A stretch of DNA of 64,000 nt from Candidatus Terraquivivens tengchongensis (GCA_023261845.1 JALNJZ010000001.1:128001-192000); one strand, 5' to 3'; positions 10,250 through 20,246 are shown, counted from the first letter of the stretch. Translations and numbers: made by a program. The notes: generated by a model not told the origin, from the letters alone.

Positions 10250-10714
10250 TTTCTCATCACACTCGCAAACTTGCGCCCGAATGCTTGAATCCGCTTTATT
10301 TAACCCGCTCGTTTCTAGAGACATTCTACTGATTAGAATCCACAAAATTCCAAGAAATCAGAACGTAGAAGCCGAAAATTTTGAGGAAAACCTCAAGGCG
10401 CCCTCAAGAATTTCACGGTATTACATGTGGAATCTCACATAGAACAGCAGGACGGCCAAACTGTGGCGGGGATGCTTTCGAGCTACTGTAAATCGGTTAC
10501 CTCTTACATGCGATGAGCTATCCTTTTTGGTCAAAGGCTCACATAACCGTTCGGAGCTTGAAGTAACGTAAGAGCTCTGTTCATGGGTACAGAATCAGGC
10601 ATGCGTCGTGCTCACAATAACGGCAGAGTGGGCTTGACTATGACGGAGTAATGCTAGCTTATCGAGCGTTGGACACCATCCTAATTAGGTAGCACAGAAA
10701 ACAGTATAATACGG

Positions 10715-11440
10715 ATGCTAAAAATAGAGAGGCTTTACGTTACTGTCGGAGAAAGGCTCGTCCTTAGCGACGTGAACCTTGAGATAGCTGAGGGTGAGGT
10801 TCATGTGCTCTTCGGCCCTAACGGCTCCGGAAAGTCCTCGCTGGTCATGGCCATACTTGGCCATCCCTCCTACAAGGTCATAAGCGGAAGGATAATTTTC
10901 AAGGGCATCGACATAACGGAAATGCCGACTGAGGAGCGCATAAGGCTGGGCATGGCGGCAACTTTACAGCACCCTCCTAAGCTCCATGGCATAAGGCTGA
11001 AGGAACTACTCAACAGAATATCCGACGGAAGGCTTAGGGACGACGGTCTCTTGAGGCTTATAGATAAGCTTAGGATAAACGAGGACCTACTTAACAGGCA
11101 CGTGAACGTTGGGTTCTCTGGAGGGGAGATAAAGAAGTGCGAGTTAGCGCAGGCTTTCGCATTAAACCCCGACCTCTTATTATTCGACGAGCCTGATTCT
11201 GGTGTGGATATCGAAAACCTAGAGTTGATAGGCAGGGCGATGTCCGAGCTATTGGTCGGAAAGTCTGCCTTGATAATCACGCACCATGGCCATATACTCA
11301 GGTACATAAAGCCGGTGAGGGCACATATAATGTTCAAGGGACAGATAGCTTGCGACGGAAATCCTGAGGAGATGCTGAACCAGATATCTAAGAACGGTTA
11401 CGGATGGTGTGAGAAGTGCATCTCGATGAAGAAGAGCTGA
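10715..11440 (+). CDS. sufC: Fe-S cluster assembly ABC ATPase SufC (SmsC-type, C-terminal CxxC)
   Basis: GPNGSGKS, NVGFSGGE, DEPDSG motifs; C-terminal WCEKC. Confidence 0.9.
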   Translation: MLKIERLYVTVGERLVLSDVNLEIAEGEVHVLFGPNGSGKSSLVMAILGHPSYKVISGRIIFKGIDITEMPTEERIRLGMAATLQHPPKLHGIRLKELLNRISDGRLRDDGLLRLIDKLRINEDLLNRHVNVGFSGGEIKKCELAQAFALNPDLLLFDEPDSGVDIENLELIGRAMSELLVGKSALIITHHGHILRYIKPVRAHIMFKGQIACDGNPEEMLNQISKNGYGWCEKCISMKKS

Positions 11441-12621
11441 GCAGAGCTTTAGATAAGCCTGCGGACTACGGCCTCGACCTAGACCTCTCGAGCTATATCA
11501 CGGAACCAAAAGAAGAGGTAAAGCTCGAGGAATCTATCGTGAGGAGGGCATACGAGGTCGGCGTAGATTTATCCAGGAAGGACTCTGTCGGCAGCTTCTT
11601 TCAGGTAGACCACAGCGTCCTTTTGAAGGCGATACAGAAGAAGTTCGAGAAAGACGTGGAGCTGATGACGATAGAAGAGGCCATTGAGAAGTACGATTGG
11701 GTCGAGGGGCTCATGTGGAACCTCATATCACCCTATAAGGACAAGTATACAGCCTTTGCGGCAAAGAATAGAAGGGGCGGATACTTCATAAGAATCTTGG
11801 AGGGAAGGTGCGTATACATACCCGTGCAAGCATGCCTCCTTCTATACTCGCCGAGCATTACACAGTGCATCCACAACTTAATAATCGCAGAGGAAAATTC
11901 TGAGGCTCACATAATAACCGGATGCACCCACCACATAAAGTCCGTGAAGGGCCTGCACCTAGGCATGACGGAGATCTACGTAAGGCGAAACGCAAAGCTC
12001 AGCTTTACCATGGTACATAAGTGGGGCCCTGGCATGGACGTAAGGCCAAGGACCGGAATGCTCGTTGAAGAGGGCGGAACGATGCTCTACAACTACGTCC
12101 TGCTGGGTGAGGTCAAGAGCATACAATCTTACCCGATGACTATGCTTGCCGGCAGCAACTCAAGAATCTCGACGAATAACGTCATTTACTTATCAGGAGA
12201 ATCGAACGTGGACCTCGGAGGTGGTGTGACGATAAAGGGTCCCGGTTCGAAAGCGGAGCTCTTGACAAATTCTGTCGTTACCGATAGGGCAAAGCTGGTA
12301 AGCAGGGGATCCATAGTATCCGAGGCTCCGGGTACAAAAGGTCACATAAGCTGCAGGGGTCTGATGCTAAGCGATAAAGCGGAGATATCTGCGGTACCAT
12401 CGCTCACGTCCAAGAATGCTGACTCTGAGCTTACGCATGAGGCCGCGATAGGAAAGATCGCAGAGGAACAACTGTTCTATCTCAGGTCCAGGGGCTTCAG
12501 GTTGGACGAGGCCGAGTCGCTTTTGGTTCGCGGATTCTTGGACATATCTTCTATGGGGTTGCCAAAACACATAGAGAAGATGATCGACAGCATAATAGAG
12601 CAGACGATGAAGGGATTTTAA
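11416..12621 (+). CDS. sufB: SufB/SufD family Fe-S scaffold (SmsB-type)
   Basis: PVQACL, IITGC, GHISCRGL, ELTHEAAIGKIAEEQLFYLRSRG; overlaps sufC. Confidence 0.85.
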   Translation: MHLDEEELSRALDKPADYGLDLDLSSYITEPKEEVKLEESIVRRAYEVGVDLSRKDSVGSFFQVDHSVLLKAIQKKFEKDVELMTIEEAIEKYDWVEGLMWNLISPYKDKYTAFAAKNRRGGYFIRILEGRCVYIPVQACLLLYSPSITQCIHNLIIAEENSEAHIITGCTHHIKSVKGLHLGMTEIYVRRNAKLSFTMVHKWGPGMDVRPRTGMLVEEGGTMLYNYVLLGEVKSIQSYPMTMLAGSNSRISTNNVIYLSGESNVDLGGGVTIKGPGSKAELLTNSVVTDRAKLVSRGSIVSEAPGTKGHISCRGLMLSDKAEISAVPSLTSKNADSELTHEAAIGKIAEEQLFYLRSRGFRLDEAESLLVRGFLDISSMGLPKHIEKMIDSIIEQTMKGF

Positions 12622-12724
12622 AGACGCAGCTCGGTAGATCCAACCTCGAGTCTCCTAAGAAGTCATAAGCCTTCTTAATGAAGTAGATCATGATAGGTGC
12701 AACATCGCACATTCCATTTAAAGG

Positions 12725-12818
12725 TGGGCCGGCCCGGACTCGAACCGGGGATTTCCACCGCTTCCTGTAGCCGTAGTCTAAGTCAGGGTGGCGTCATACC
12801 AGGCTAGACCACCGGCCC
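12725..12818 (-). tRNA. tRNA-Val(GAC) with a 20-nt intron at position 36/37 (intron 12762-12781)
   Basis: Acceptor stem GGGCCGG/CCGGCCC-A; T arm CCCGG-TTCGAGT-CCGGG; anticodon stem CCACC/GGTGG; BHB-like motif CCTG/CAGG helix with bulges AC^T and AA^G gives a mature loop CT-GAC-GC. Confidence 0.85.
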
Positions 12819-12927
12819 CCAAGATTACTAAAACTTCGGGCTGTTGATATATATCTATATCTTTTTCCTTAAACAGACAACCCTCGGGTGGTCGACGGCT
12901 CTTGTGTTCTACGAGCAGTGTGCGTGA

Positions 12928-13116
12928 TTACATGCGACTCTCGTTCGTTTGTTGCAACCCGTACGCCTGAGCTTCTTGCTCGTTAAACTTCTCCAACAAC
13001 CTTCTTATGGCATCTTTAACGAACTCCGCTCTGCTACTGTAGCCTGCCTTGTACAATATTCTGTCTATTTGAAGACCTATCTCCTCTGGAATCTTCACAG
13101 TCACGTAGCGGGTCAT
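12928..13116 (-). CDS. CopG/ribbon-helix-helix transcriptional regulator
   Basis: YVTVKIPEEI...IDRIL..AGYSSRAEFVKDAIRRLL. Confidence 0.85.
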   Translation of the reverse strand: MTRYVTVKIPEEIGLQIDRILYKAGYSSRAEFVKDAIRRLLEKFNEQEAQAYGLQQTNESRM

Positions 13117-13374
13117 ACGACTTCACATATACCAATAGAAGCTGATTGATAAATATAACCTAGGTTTTTGTAAGTTTTTTATAAGAAATAAAAGGAACCA
13201 GCGCAACGGTGTCGTTATTCGCGTGGTTTTTTGAACGTTTAATGTAATACTTTATATTTATATTATGGTGCAAAAATCTTAAAATGTGCATACTACAATG
13301 ATCGTGCGGGTATTCACGTGCTTTTTGTACAACCGCCTTTCGGGAGGTTTTATGACGTGGACGATTTCCTGTTG

Positions 13375-14154
13375 ATGTTGGATAGAGTTTTAATAGACGA
13401 AGGTAAGGCATTGTCCAACAAGTCAAGGTACGACATACTGACAGCGTTATCGAAAGGAAAGAAGACGATACTACAGATCGCGAAGGAAACTGGCCTAAGT
13501 CAGATGACTGTTAGGTTTCATCTTAAGACGCTCATCGAGGCTGGCTTAGTGAGAAAAAGTAATGCATGTAGGACTGGAGGGGCTGGAAGGCCAGGTGCTT
13601 TTTATGAACTCTCTAAGTCTTTGATGATGGTATCATTCCCGCCTAGGCAGTACATGCTTTTGTCGTACATCCTCTTGGCTGCTCTCAAAGAATCTTTAGG
13701 GGAGTTACAGGCAAAGGCCGTTCTGTACGGGTTTGGTAAGAGGTTAGGCCAGAGCTTTAGGATGAGGGTAGAAAGAACCTTCATGGAGGATAATGAGCAG
13801 ACTACAGAAAAGTTTGTCCAACATCTAGTCGATACATGCTTTAAAAAAATTGGGATAATTGCTGAGGCTGTTAAGAACAGCGACAGGGAGATGCTCATAA
13901 AGTTCTACAACTGCCCGTTCGAGGAGGTGGCGCGAAACTATGCCGGTCTGATCTGTGAGGGGTTTGAAAACGGCTTTTATGACGGTCTGTACATGAACTG
14001 TAAGAATTTTACATGGAAAAAGACAAAGAGCATGATAAGAGGAGACGAGTATTGCGAACACATGCTGTTGTTAACTTCTGGGGATAATAAAAAGACGTTA
14101 CACGAAAACAATATAAATAATCAAAAGGGTGTCAAATTCTTGATGCCCCGGTAG
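13375..14154 (+). CDS. ArsR-type wHTH regulator with C-terminal V4R-like ligand-binding domain
   Basis: KALSNKSRYDIL...TVRFHLKTLIEAGLV, GRP..FY, NCPF..A, IC, RGDEYCEH; start placed at ATG 13375; stop codon lies inside the tRNA-Phe gene. Confidence 0.8.
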   Translation: MLDRVLIDEGKALSNKSRYDILTALSKGKKTILQIAKETGLSQMTVRFHLKTLIEAGLVRKSNACRTGGAGRPGAFYELSKSLMMVSFPPRQYMLLSYILLAALKESLGELQAKAVLYGFGKRLGQSFRMRVERTFMEDNEQTTEKFVQHLVDTCFKKIGIIAEAVKNSDREMLIKFYNCPFEEVARNYAGLICEGFENGFYDGLYMNCKNFTWKKTKSMIRGDEYCEHMLLLTSGDNKKTLHENNINNQKGVKFLMPR

Positions 14155-14240
14155 CGCAGATCGGGAGCGCGCCCGGCTGAAGACCGGGGTGTCGTGGGTT
14201 CAAGATCTCCTTAAGGGAGATGGAAATCCCACCCGGGGCA
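14145..14240 (+). tRNA. tRNA-Phe(GAA) with a 22-nt T-loop intron at position 59/60 (intron 14205-14226)
   Basis: Acceptor stem GCCCCGG/CCGGGGC-A; anticodon arm CCCGG-CTGAAGA-CCGGG; strict hBHBh' GTGGG[TTCA][AG^A]TCTCC..GGAGA[TGGA][AA^T]CCCAC gives T loop TTCAAGT. Confidence 0.9.
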
Positions 14241-14251
14241 TCAAATAAGTT

Positions 14252-14767
14252 TTATAATTTAGAGAAATACTTCCTCCACAATAAGGGCGTAAGATAGCCG
14301 GCCAGAGCTCCACTAACTGTGCCGCCTGCAAGTACAGCGGCATAAAGCCAAGGCGACCATGGCATGAAGCCCAGCATGACAGTTGCATACATGCTCAGGA
14401 CGCCTATGGTGCATGTGGCCAATATTAACGATATTACTAGCCTGCCGAGCTTTATGTCTCCGCTTGGCGTTTTTACTTTAAACATGTAAAAAAGACCATC
14501 TATCATCAGACCATACGCTACTGCAAATGCTAAAGAGAACGGGAAGAGGGCCGGTCTCCATATCTGCGTCAACAGCCCACCTATCGTGGCAACATACGTT
14601 GCACCCAGTCTGCCAAGCATTAGGGACGATAGTGAGAGGAGCAACGCTTGGACTATTACGAGAATCTTATCGAGCGGCGAAGGTAGTGCGACTTTAGACA
14701 CGAAAACGATAACGCTGAAAAGGGCGGCCACAGCAATCCTTTTACTTGAAGCTTTGGCATCAGTCAT
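14252..14767 (-). CDS. Membrane protein, ECF S-component-like
   Basis: ~5-6 TM helices; N-terminal IAVAALFSVI pattern. Confidence 0.45.
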   Translation of the reverse strand: MTDAKASSKRIAVAALFSVIVFVSKVALPSPLDKILVIVQALLLSLSSLMLGRLGATYVATIGGLLTQIWRPALFPFSLAFAVAYGLMIDGLFYMFKVKTPSGDIKLGRLVISLILATCTIGVLSMYATVMLGFMPWSPWLYAAVLAGGTVSGALAGYLTPLLWRKYFSKL

Positions 14768-14777
14768 CTTCTGCCCC

Positions 14778-15197
14778 TCACTCTACGCTTATCCTCTCAC
14801 CCTTCCGCTTCTCCAACTTCTTGAATCTTATCTCCAATAAACCGTTCTTGTAAATTGCTCTTCCACTTTTAGGGTCTACCTTCGCTGGAAGTATAAGCTC
14901 CTTATAGTATTTTCTATTATGGTTCGATGCAGATATCGTCAAAGAATCTTCTCTTGCCTCAATCTCTATCTTTTCCTTTTCAGCACCCGGCACTTCCGCC
15001 AAGACCACGATCTCCTCATCTTGCTCCAACACGTTCAACAACGGTTCCCTTATCCCAGACCGCTCGGCTGGTATCCTAAAGCGCTCTACACCTTCTGGTG
15101 AGATTCTTATGTGGAACATCTCGTCCCCAAAGAAGCCGGATATTATGACCTCGAAGTCAAAAGGTCTGAAGGGTCCCTTTGTCTTGTGACCAAACAT
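14778..15197 (-). CDS. hsp20: Archaeal small heat shock protein Hsp20
   Basis: REPLLNV, VLAEVPG, YYKELILP, YKNGLLEI, C-terminal I-x-V motif (ERISVE). Confidence 0.9.
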   Translation of the reverse strand: MFGHKTKGPFRPFDFEVIISGFFGDEMFHIRISPEGVERFRIPAERSGIREPLLNVLEQDEEIVVLAEVPGAEKEKIEIEAREDSLTISASNHNRKYYKELILPAKVDPKSGRAIYKNGLLEIRFKKLEKRKGERISVE

Positions 15198-15395
15198 ATC
15201 CTGAATATAGCAACTGCTCAGAGAGTTATAAATAAGAGGGGGAACTTGTTAACTTTAGGCTTTAGGTTTACTATTTACTACTAAAATAAACTTTAATTAC
15301 TATACTTGGCTTTAGCTTAGCGTCCTTCCATGGGGTTGAAAATTAAATTCAAAGAAAGCATACCAAACCTAGTTTACATGTATTATCATTAAAAA

Positions 15396-16406
15396 TCAGG
15401 GTATTGAGATTGGTTCTTCCCATGGGAATAAGAATTTACATCCCAACAACTCCCAAGCTTGGTAATTTCCATCGATCATTGTAAGAATAAGTAACATTGC
15501 TGCCCAGATATTAGTGTTAATTTTACCTAGAATTGGCTTTTTAGAAATGTTTTCAGAAACGGCTTTAAGACCAATAGCTGCCATTATCATTGTAGCCGGA
15601 TACAATAGAATAGTAAGCCTGATATTCCCAATGAAGACAAACCATGGAATCGTTGTAGCAATTAGGATCAGTATCCAAGTTTTGAACACATGTTTTTCTT
15701 CAACACTAAGAAATCCTATGATAGCTAATATCCCCGGCACTCTATGGGCAAAGAATGCGAGCGAAATTGTTGTAAACGGGTTTAATGTTAACCACTCTGT
15801 CCAATTTGGTAATGTTATTTTGAAAAAATTTAACAACCACCAGCTGAGAGGTATGATTAATGCAGAAATCAAGAAAACTAACAATTGCTTAAAATTACGT
15901 CTCCATAAAGCATATAGCAAAGCAAACAAGCAGACTGAAAGGACCGTTTCTCGAGCAAGAATCCCAATCCCAACTAACCAACCACCTAAATAGGTATACT
16001 TATTTATGCCTCTTTTTGTGAAAGTTTGTAACACAAGTAGATAACCTAACAACGTAAAGGCCAAACCTGCTGCATCTGTTAGAATAGAGGGACCCCACAC
16101 AATTAGCGGGAAAGATGTTAACATCAATAACGCTGCATAAAAACCTGTCCGTTCATCAAATAATTGTTTAGTTAAAGCATAAATAGCTAATCCGGCAATT
16201 ATTAAAAAGACAGTATTAAGCATTGTATATATTATACGAAAGTCTATGGCAGGATATAACAATGAAGCAAGATATGGTATAAGAGGTCTTAGTAGCAGAC
16301 GATATTGCCCCCAATCAGACAATTTATTCAACTCTCCTTTAAAGAATAGCGATAACTCAATATATTGGGGGCTATCTATACTAAAAGGTACCAAAATGGG
16401 AAACAA
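15396..16406 (-). CDS. GT-C (ArnT/PMT-2, GT39-like) glycosyltransferase, AT-rich; 5' end possibly degraded
   Basis: YRLLLRPLIPYL, ILTDA, GILARET motifs; multiple TM helices; two in-frame stops just upstream of the ORF start. Confidence 0.65.
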   Translation of the reverse strand: MFPILVPFSIDSPQYIELSLFFKGELNKLSDWGQYRLLLRPLIPYLASLLYPAIDFRIIYTMLNTVFLIIAGLAIYALTKQLFDERTGFYAALLMLTSFPLIVWGPSILTDAAGLAFTLLGYLLVLQTFTKRGINKYTYLGGWLVGIGILARETVLSVCLFALLYALWRRNFKQLLVFLISALIIPLSWWLLNFFKITLPNWTEWLTLNPFTTISLAFFAHRVPGILAIIGFLSVEEKHVFKTWILILIATTIPWFVFIGNIRLTILLYPATMIMAAIGLKAVSENISKKPILGKINTNIWAAMLLILTMIDGNYQAWELLGCKFLFPWEEPISIP

Positions 16407-16553
16407 CCTCTATAAGAGTTATGCTGACAATACTACACCAAATAGAAATTCGTCTTAATGCTACCATGTCGGTGATTCTTGCTTTAAAACTTAATAATAA
16501 TTTTTACTTTGCATTTATTAACACTTATCTGTATCTATGTAAGATAATTTTTC

Positions 16554-17102
16554 ATGCCTCAACGCAACATCGAAGAAGAAAGTTTGCTTAGAGTCGCAGA
16601 ACTTATGGCTTTAAGTGCTCGAACTGCACCAAAAGCAAGAGGTATAGACTCAGTAAAGATAGCGATACTTACTGATGAGGAAAAGAATAGGCTTGCGGAT
16701 GAAATGGATAAGCTAGCGGACGAACTCGGACAGGCGTTCTTCAAGCGGGATGCGCAGAACGTGAGACAATCGTCGGTCGTTCTTTTGATTGCCGTGAAGG
16801 CCACAGAGCCGAAGCGGCTTGATTGTAGCGCATGCGGGTATAAGATGTGTAGCGATTTCGAGAAAGCACCAAAGAGTATGGGCAGAGCATATAGAGGACC
16901 TACGTGCGCAATGTATATCCTAGACCTCGGCATAGCTGCAGGATCTGCCGCAAAGACAGCAAGTATCCTTAACGCCGACAATAGGATAATGTACACTGTC
17001 GGCACAGCAGCGCTTAAGCTTGGCTTGATAGAAGGCGACGTTGCACTTGGAATACCGCTCTCGGCGACTGGAAAAAGCCCATACTTCGATAGAAAATTCT
17101 AA
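16554..17102 (+). CDS. DUF2148 ferredoxin-domain protein
   Basis: SARTAPKARG, LDCSACGYKMC, GPTC, DLGIAAGSA, DNRIMYTVG, GKSPYFDR. Confidence 0.85.
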   Translation: MPQRNIEEESLLRVAELMALSARTAPKARGIDSVKIAILTDEEKNRLADEMDKLADELGQAFFKRDAQNVRQSSVVLLIAVKATEPKRLDCSACGYKMCSDFEKAPKSMGRAYRGPTCAMYILDLGIAAGSAAKTASILNADNRIMYTVGTAALKLGLIEGDVALGIPLSATGKSPYFDRKF

Positions 17103-17122
17103 AACAATTATCAAAATTTTAT

Positions 17123-18340
17123 TTAAGTATGAGAAATCAGGTAAGTTCCTGATATGAACAACATCACAATTAATATCAAGCCAGTTATTGGATTCCAAGG
17201 CATATTATGAAGAAGTATAAAACTGGTAAGAAGGATAACAGTCCTAGTACGTATATGAGCGCTACTGATATAATCTGCCAGCAATAACATACTAAAAGGT
17301 ACAATATAGTAATGTCTTCCAACCCATTTACTAAAGAACAATTGTAGGAACAAAAGCCCTGCTATTAACTTATACATTTGGGATGAATTAATACCTGGCC
17401 TCCTCTTTATAATTAAAAAAGGGGTAAGTATTAAAATCAACGATAACATTACAGGGTTAGCGATTGACCTTAACATATTATAGTACGTATCATACCCATC
17501 CGAAATAAGCAGCGCTTTGCCTAACCAATCTAACAACTTCCAAACATTCTCGTTTAAAATCCTCCTTCTTTGTTCTGCACCTATGAATGTGTCGTAAAAG
17601 TTACAGTTTGGGTATTCTTGTTGACATTCAATATTCGCTAATATAAACGGGGTAAAAATGGTGACCACGGTCACTATGAAGATAACTAATGCTTTCATAA
17701 AGCTATGGATGTTAAAGTCTTTCTTTGAAATTAACAACATGCATGCAAAAGGGATTAGGGCAAAGATTGATGTTTGCTTTGTTAAGAAAGATAAGCCTAA
17801 TAAAAATCCGCCTAGGAATGGGTGCTTAACGATCGTGCTAAATCCTAGAAGCAAGAAGAATAACATAATGCCTTCTTGCTGACTTAAAAACCCGACTTTT
17901 TTAAAAATTCCAATAATTAACAACTCAATAGTTGCTACATAGTAGGACCTTTCTTGTTGATTAGCAACAAGATTATTACAAATCCTTTTAACAACGTAAG
18001 CTGCAAGTATATCAAATAATAAAATAGGCATACCGATAAGCGGAGGTGCGAGCTCCGGTATTTTTAAGAGGTCTGTTATAACAACAACCGGTGAAATGAT
18101 CAATGCAAACAAAGGTGGGTACAAATAAGCAGGCAGGTAATCTGGTGGCCCCCCCCATTTAATTGAATATATCTTCAACGATCCATCCAAAATTTTTCTA
18201 GAAGTTTCAACAAAACCTACAGCATCATCATAAAGAAACCAACCTGACAATCTTAAGTACGTTCCTAGCACCAAATAAAGTATGCTTGTCGTCCAAAAAA
18301 TTAGACTTCCTTTAGTTAAGAGTTTATGCAATCTACACAT
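17123..18340 (-). CDS. GT-C (GT87/PIG-M-like) glycosyltransferase, AT-rich
   Basis: DD early in the first loop, YLYPPLFALI, LTKQ, ~10 TM helices. Confidence 0.65.
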   Translation of the reverse strand: MCRLHKLLTKGSLIFWTTSILYLVLGTYLRLSGWFLYDDAVGFVETSRKILDGSLKIYSIKWGGPPDYLPAYLYPPLFALIISPVVVITDLLKIPELAPPLIGMPILLFDILAAYVVKRICNNLVANQQERSYYVATIELLIIGIFKKVGFLSQQEGIMLFFLLLGFSTIVKHPFLGGFLLGLSFLTKQTSIFALIPFACMLLISKKDFNIHSFMKALVIFIVTVVTIFTPFILANIECQQEYPNCNFYDTFIGAEQRRRILNENVWKLLDWLGKALLISDGYDTYYNMLRSIANPVMLSLILILTPFLIIKRRPGINSSQMYKLIAGLLFLQLFFSKWVGRHYYIVPFSMLLLADYISSAHIRTRTVILLTSFILLHNMPWNPITGLILIVMLFISGTYLISHT

Positions 18341-18440
18341 ATACTTACCTTTTTACTTTAGGAGAGGCTTGTATAAATTTTTGAATATCAACATTATTTA
18401 AAATATTTTAAATTTTGCAATCCGCAACTTTCACGTAATT

Positions 18441-19991
18441 TTAGCAAGCCTCTATCGTGCTCGGTGGCTTCGAAGTCGTGGCGTAGGCTACCATCGTTAC
18501 GTTACCTACTTCGTTCACTATCCTTTTTGAGATTCTGTCAAGCAAATCCATATCTGGTCTGTACCAGTCTGCCGTCATCCCGTCCTCGCTCTCGACAGCC
18601 CTCACTATGACAACATAGCCCTCAGCCCTAGTGTCACCCATCACACCCGTCCATGAACTGTCTGTTACTACAGCGAACGCCTGCCAAACCTTATCGTAAA
18701 CTCCGGCTTTCTTGAACTCTTCCTCGACTATTGCGTTAGACTCCCTGCATATCCTGAGCTTTTCTTCAGTGACCTCGCCGATTATTCTGACGGCCAGCCC
18801 AGGCCCTGGGAATGGATGACGCGAGACGATCTCTTCGGGTATGCCAAGCCTTCTGGCAACCTCCCTAACCTCATCCTTGTAAAGGTCCCTAAGGGGTTCC
18901 ACGAGCTTTAACTTCAGATCCGCAGGTAGGCCAGCAACATTGTGGTGTGTCTTGATGAGAGCGGAACCAGTACCTGCGGAGCCACTCTCTATCCTGTCTG
19001 GATAGATCGTTCCTTGAGCCAGCCAACTGATTTTTGGTATCTTTGAGGCCTCTTCTTCAAAAATCTTTGCGAATTCCTCACCGATTATCTTCCTTTTCTC
19101 CTCCGGGTCCTTCACACCCCTGAGCCTTGACAAGAACCTTTCTGCTGCCCTTACGAAGATGAGGTTAGTTATACCCATACGTCTTAAAGTTGAGACGACT
19201 TGTTCGGGCTCATCCTTCCTCATTAAGCCATGGTCCACGAATATGCAGTATAACCTCTTGCCGAGTATCCTGTTGAGTAGGACGGCGGTCGTGACAGAGT
19301 CAACGCCTCCGCTGACCGCGCAGATCACGCACTCATCTGGAGGAATGGTCGCGGCTATTTCCTTGCTCAGCTCCTCGACCCTATCCATGGGTCTCCAGTC
19401 GCACCTGAAGCGACAGACATCCGCCAAGAACCTCTTGAGTATACTTTTGCCCATCTGCGTGTGCTTGACCTCAGGATGGAACTGGACCCCATAGATTGGC
19501 CTTTCGGCATGTCTCATTGCGGCCACGGCACCCCTCTCCGTAAGTGCCAAGACCTTAAAGCCGGGCGGTTGCTTCACCACAGAATCCATGTGGCTCATCC
19601 ATACAACGAACTGCTCAGGAACGTCCATGAACAACACATCCCGCTCGACAACTCTGACGTAGGTCTTGCCATACTCCATGATTGTGCCGCGTTCGAGCTC
19701 TCCATTAAAAGCCGCTGCGATGAGCTGATGACCATAGCATATGCCGAGTACGGGTACCTGGACATTCAATAAATCCTCGGCCGAGAGTCTAGGAGCGTCA
19801 GGCTCGTCAAAGCTTCGAGGGCCTCCAGACAGTATTATACCAAGGGTCTCGTGAGCTCCAGAAAATACCTCTCTGAGAGGCATAGTGGATGGTATTATCT
19901 CAGAATATACGCCGAGCTCCCTGCACCTCCTGGCTATTAGGTGCGTGTACTGCCCGCCAAAGTCTATTATCGCTACTCTTTGTGGCCTCAT
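18441..19991 (-). CDS. guaA: GMP synthase (glutamine-hydrolysing), fused single-chain form
   Basis: DFGGQY, LGICYGHQ, QFHPEV, SGGVDS, IKTHHNV, HPFPGPGLA, SKPPSTIE. Confidence 0.95.
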   Translation of the reverse strand: MRPQRVAIIDFGGQYTHLIARRCRELGVYSEIIPSTMPLREVFSGAHETLGIILSGGPRSFDEPDAPRLSAEDLLNVQVPVLGICYGHQLIAAAFNGELERGTIMEYGKTYVRVVERDVLFMDVPEQFVVWMSHMDSVVKQPPGFKVLALTERGAVAAMRHAERPIYGVQFHPEVKHTQMGKSILKRFLADVCRFRCDWRPMDRVEELSKEIAATIPPDECVICAVSGGVDSVTTAVLLNRILGKRLYCIFVDHGLMRKDEPEQVVSTLRRMGITNLIFVRAAERFLSRLRGVKDPEEKRKIIGEEFAKIFEEEASKIPKISWLAQGTIYPDRIESGSAGTGSALIKTHHNVAGLPADLKLKLVEPLRDLYKDEVREVARRLGIPEEIVSRHPFPGPGLAVRIIGEVTEEKLRICRESNAIVEEEFKKAGVYDKVWQAFAVVTDSSWTGVMGDTRAEGYVVIVRAVESEDGMTADWYRPDMDLLDRISKRIVNEVGNVTMVAYATTSKPPSTIEAC

Positions 19992-20173
19992 ATTCCTACC
20001 TTACTCGGCTAAAAGCATCGTAAGCGCATGAATTAAATCTGTCTCTTACACGATGCCGGATGATTAAACGGTATTAAAGGAAGACCTCTTATATCACCAA
20101 ATACGGCAACTGGTCTTTTAGCGCTAAATTTTAAGAGTACCCGTATATGTTTAAAGCTTGTCAAACTTTGGAC

Positions 20174-20246
20174 GGGCCGGTAGTCTAGCGGCTATGACGC
20201 TGCCCTTACGAGGCAGAGGTCGTGGGTTCGAGTCCCACCCGGCCCA
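20174..20246 (+). tRNA. tRNA-Val(TAC), no intron
   Basis: GGGCCGG...CTGCC-CTTACGA-GGCAG...GTGGG-TTCGAGT-CCCAC-CCGGCCC-A. Confidence 0.95.

Noticed and set aside
3414-10442. Many plus-strand ORFs opposite the giant surface protein gene, and similar shadow ORFs elsewhere
   Set aside because: Antisense shadows of strongly codon-biased genes; no motifs or independent expression signals.
10508-10560. Second C/D-like sRNA candidate (GCGATGA...CGGA)
   Set aside because: No C'/D' pair, no terminal stem and no recognisable rRNA complementarity.
12755-12790. Reading this tRNA as Phe (GAA) through a different splice register, or as a canonical 37/38 intron
   Set aside because: The BHB geometry (CCTG/CAGG) gives GAC with G37, the body matches the other two Val genes, and a separate Phe gene exists at 14145.
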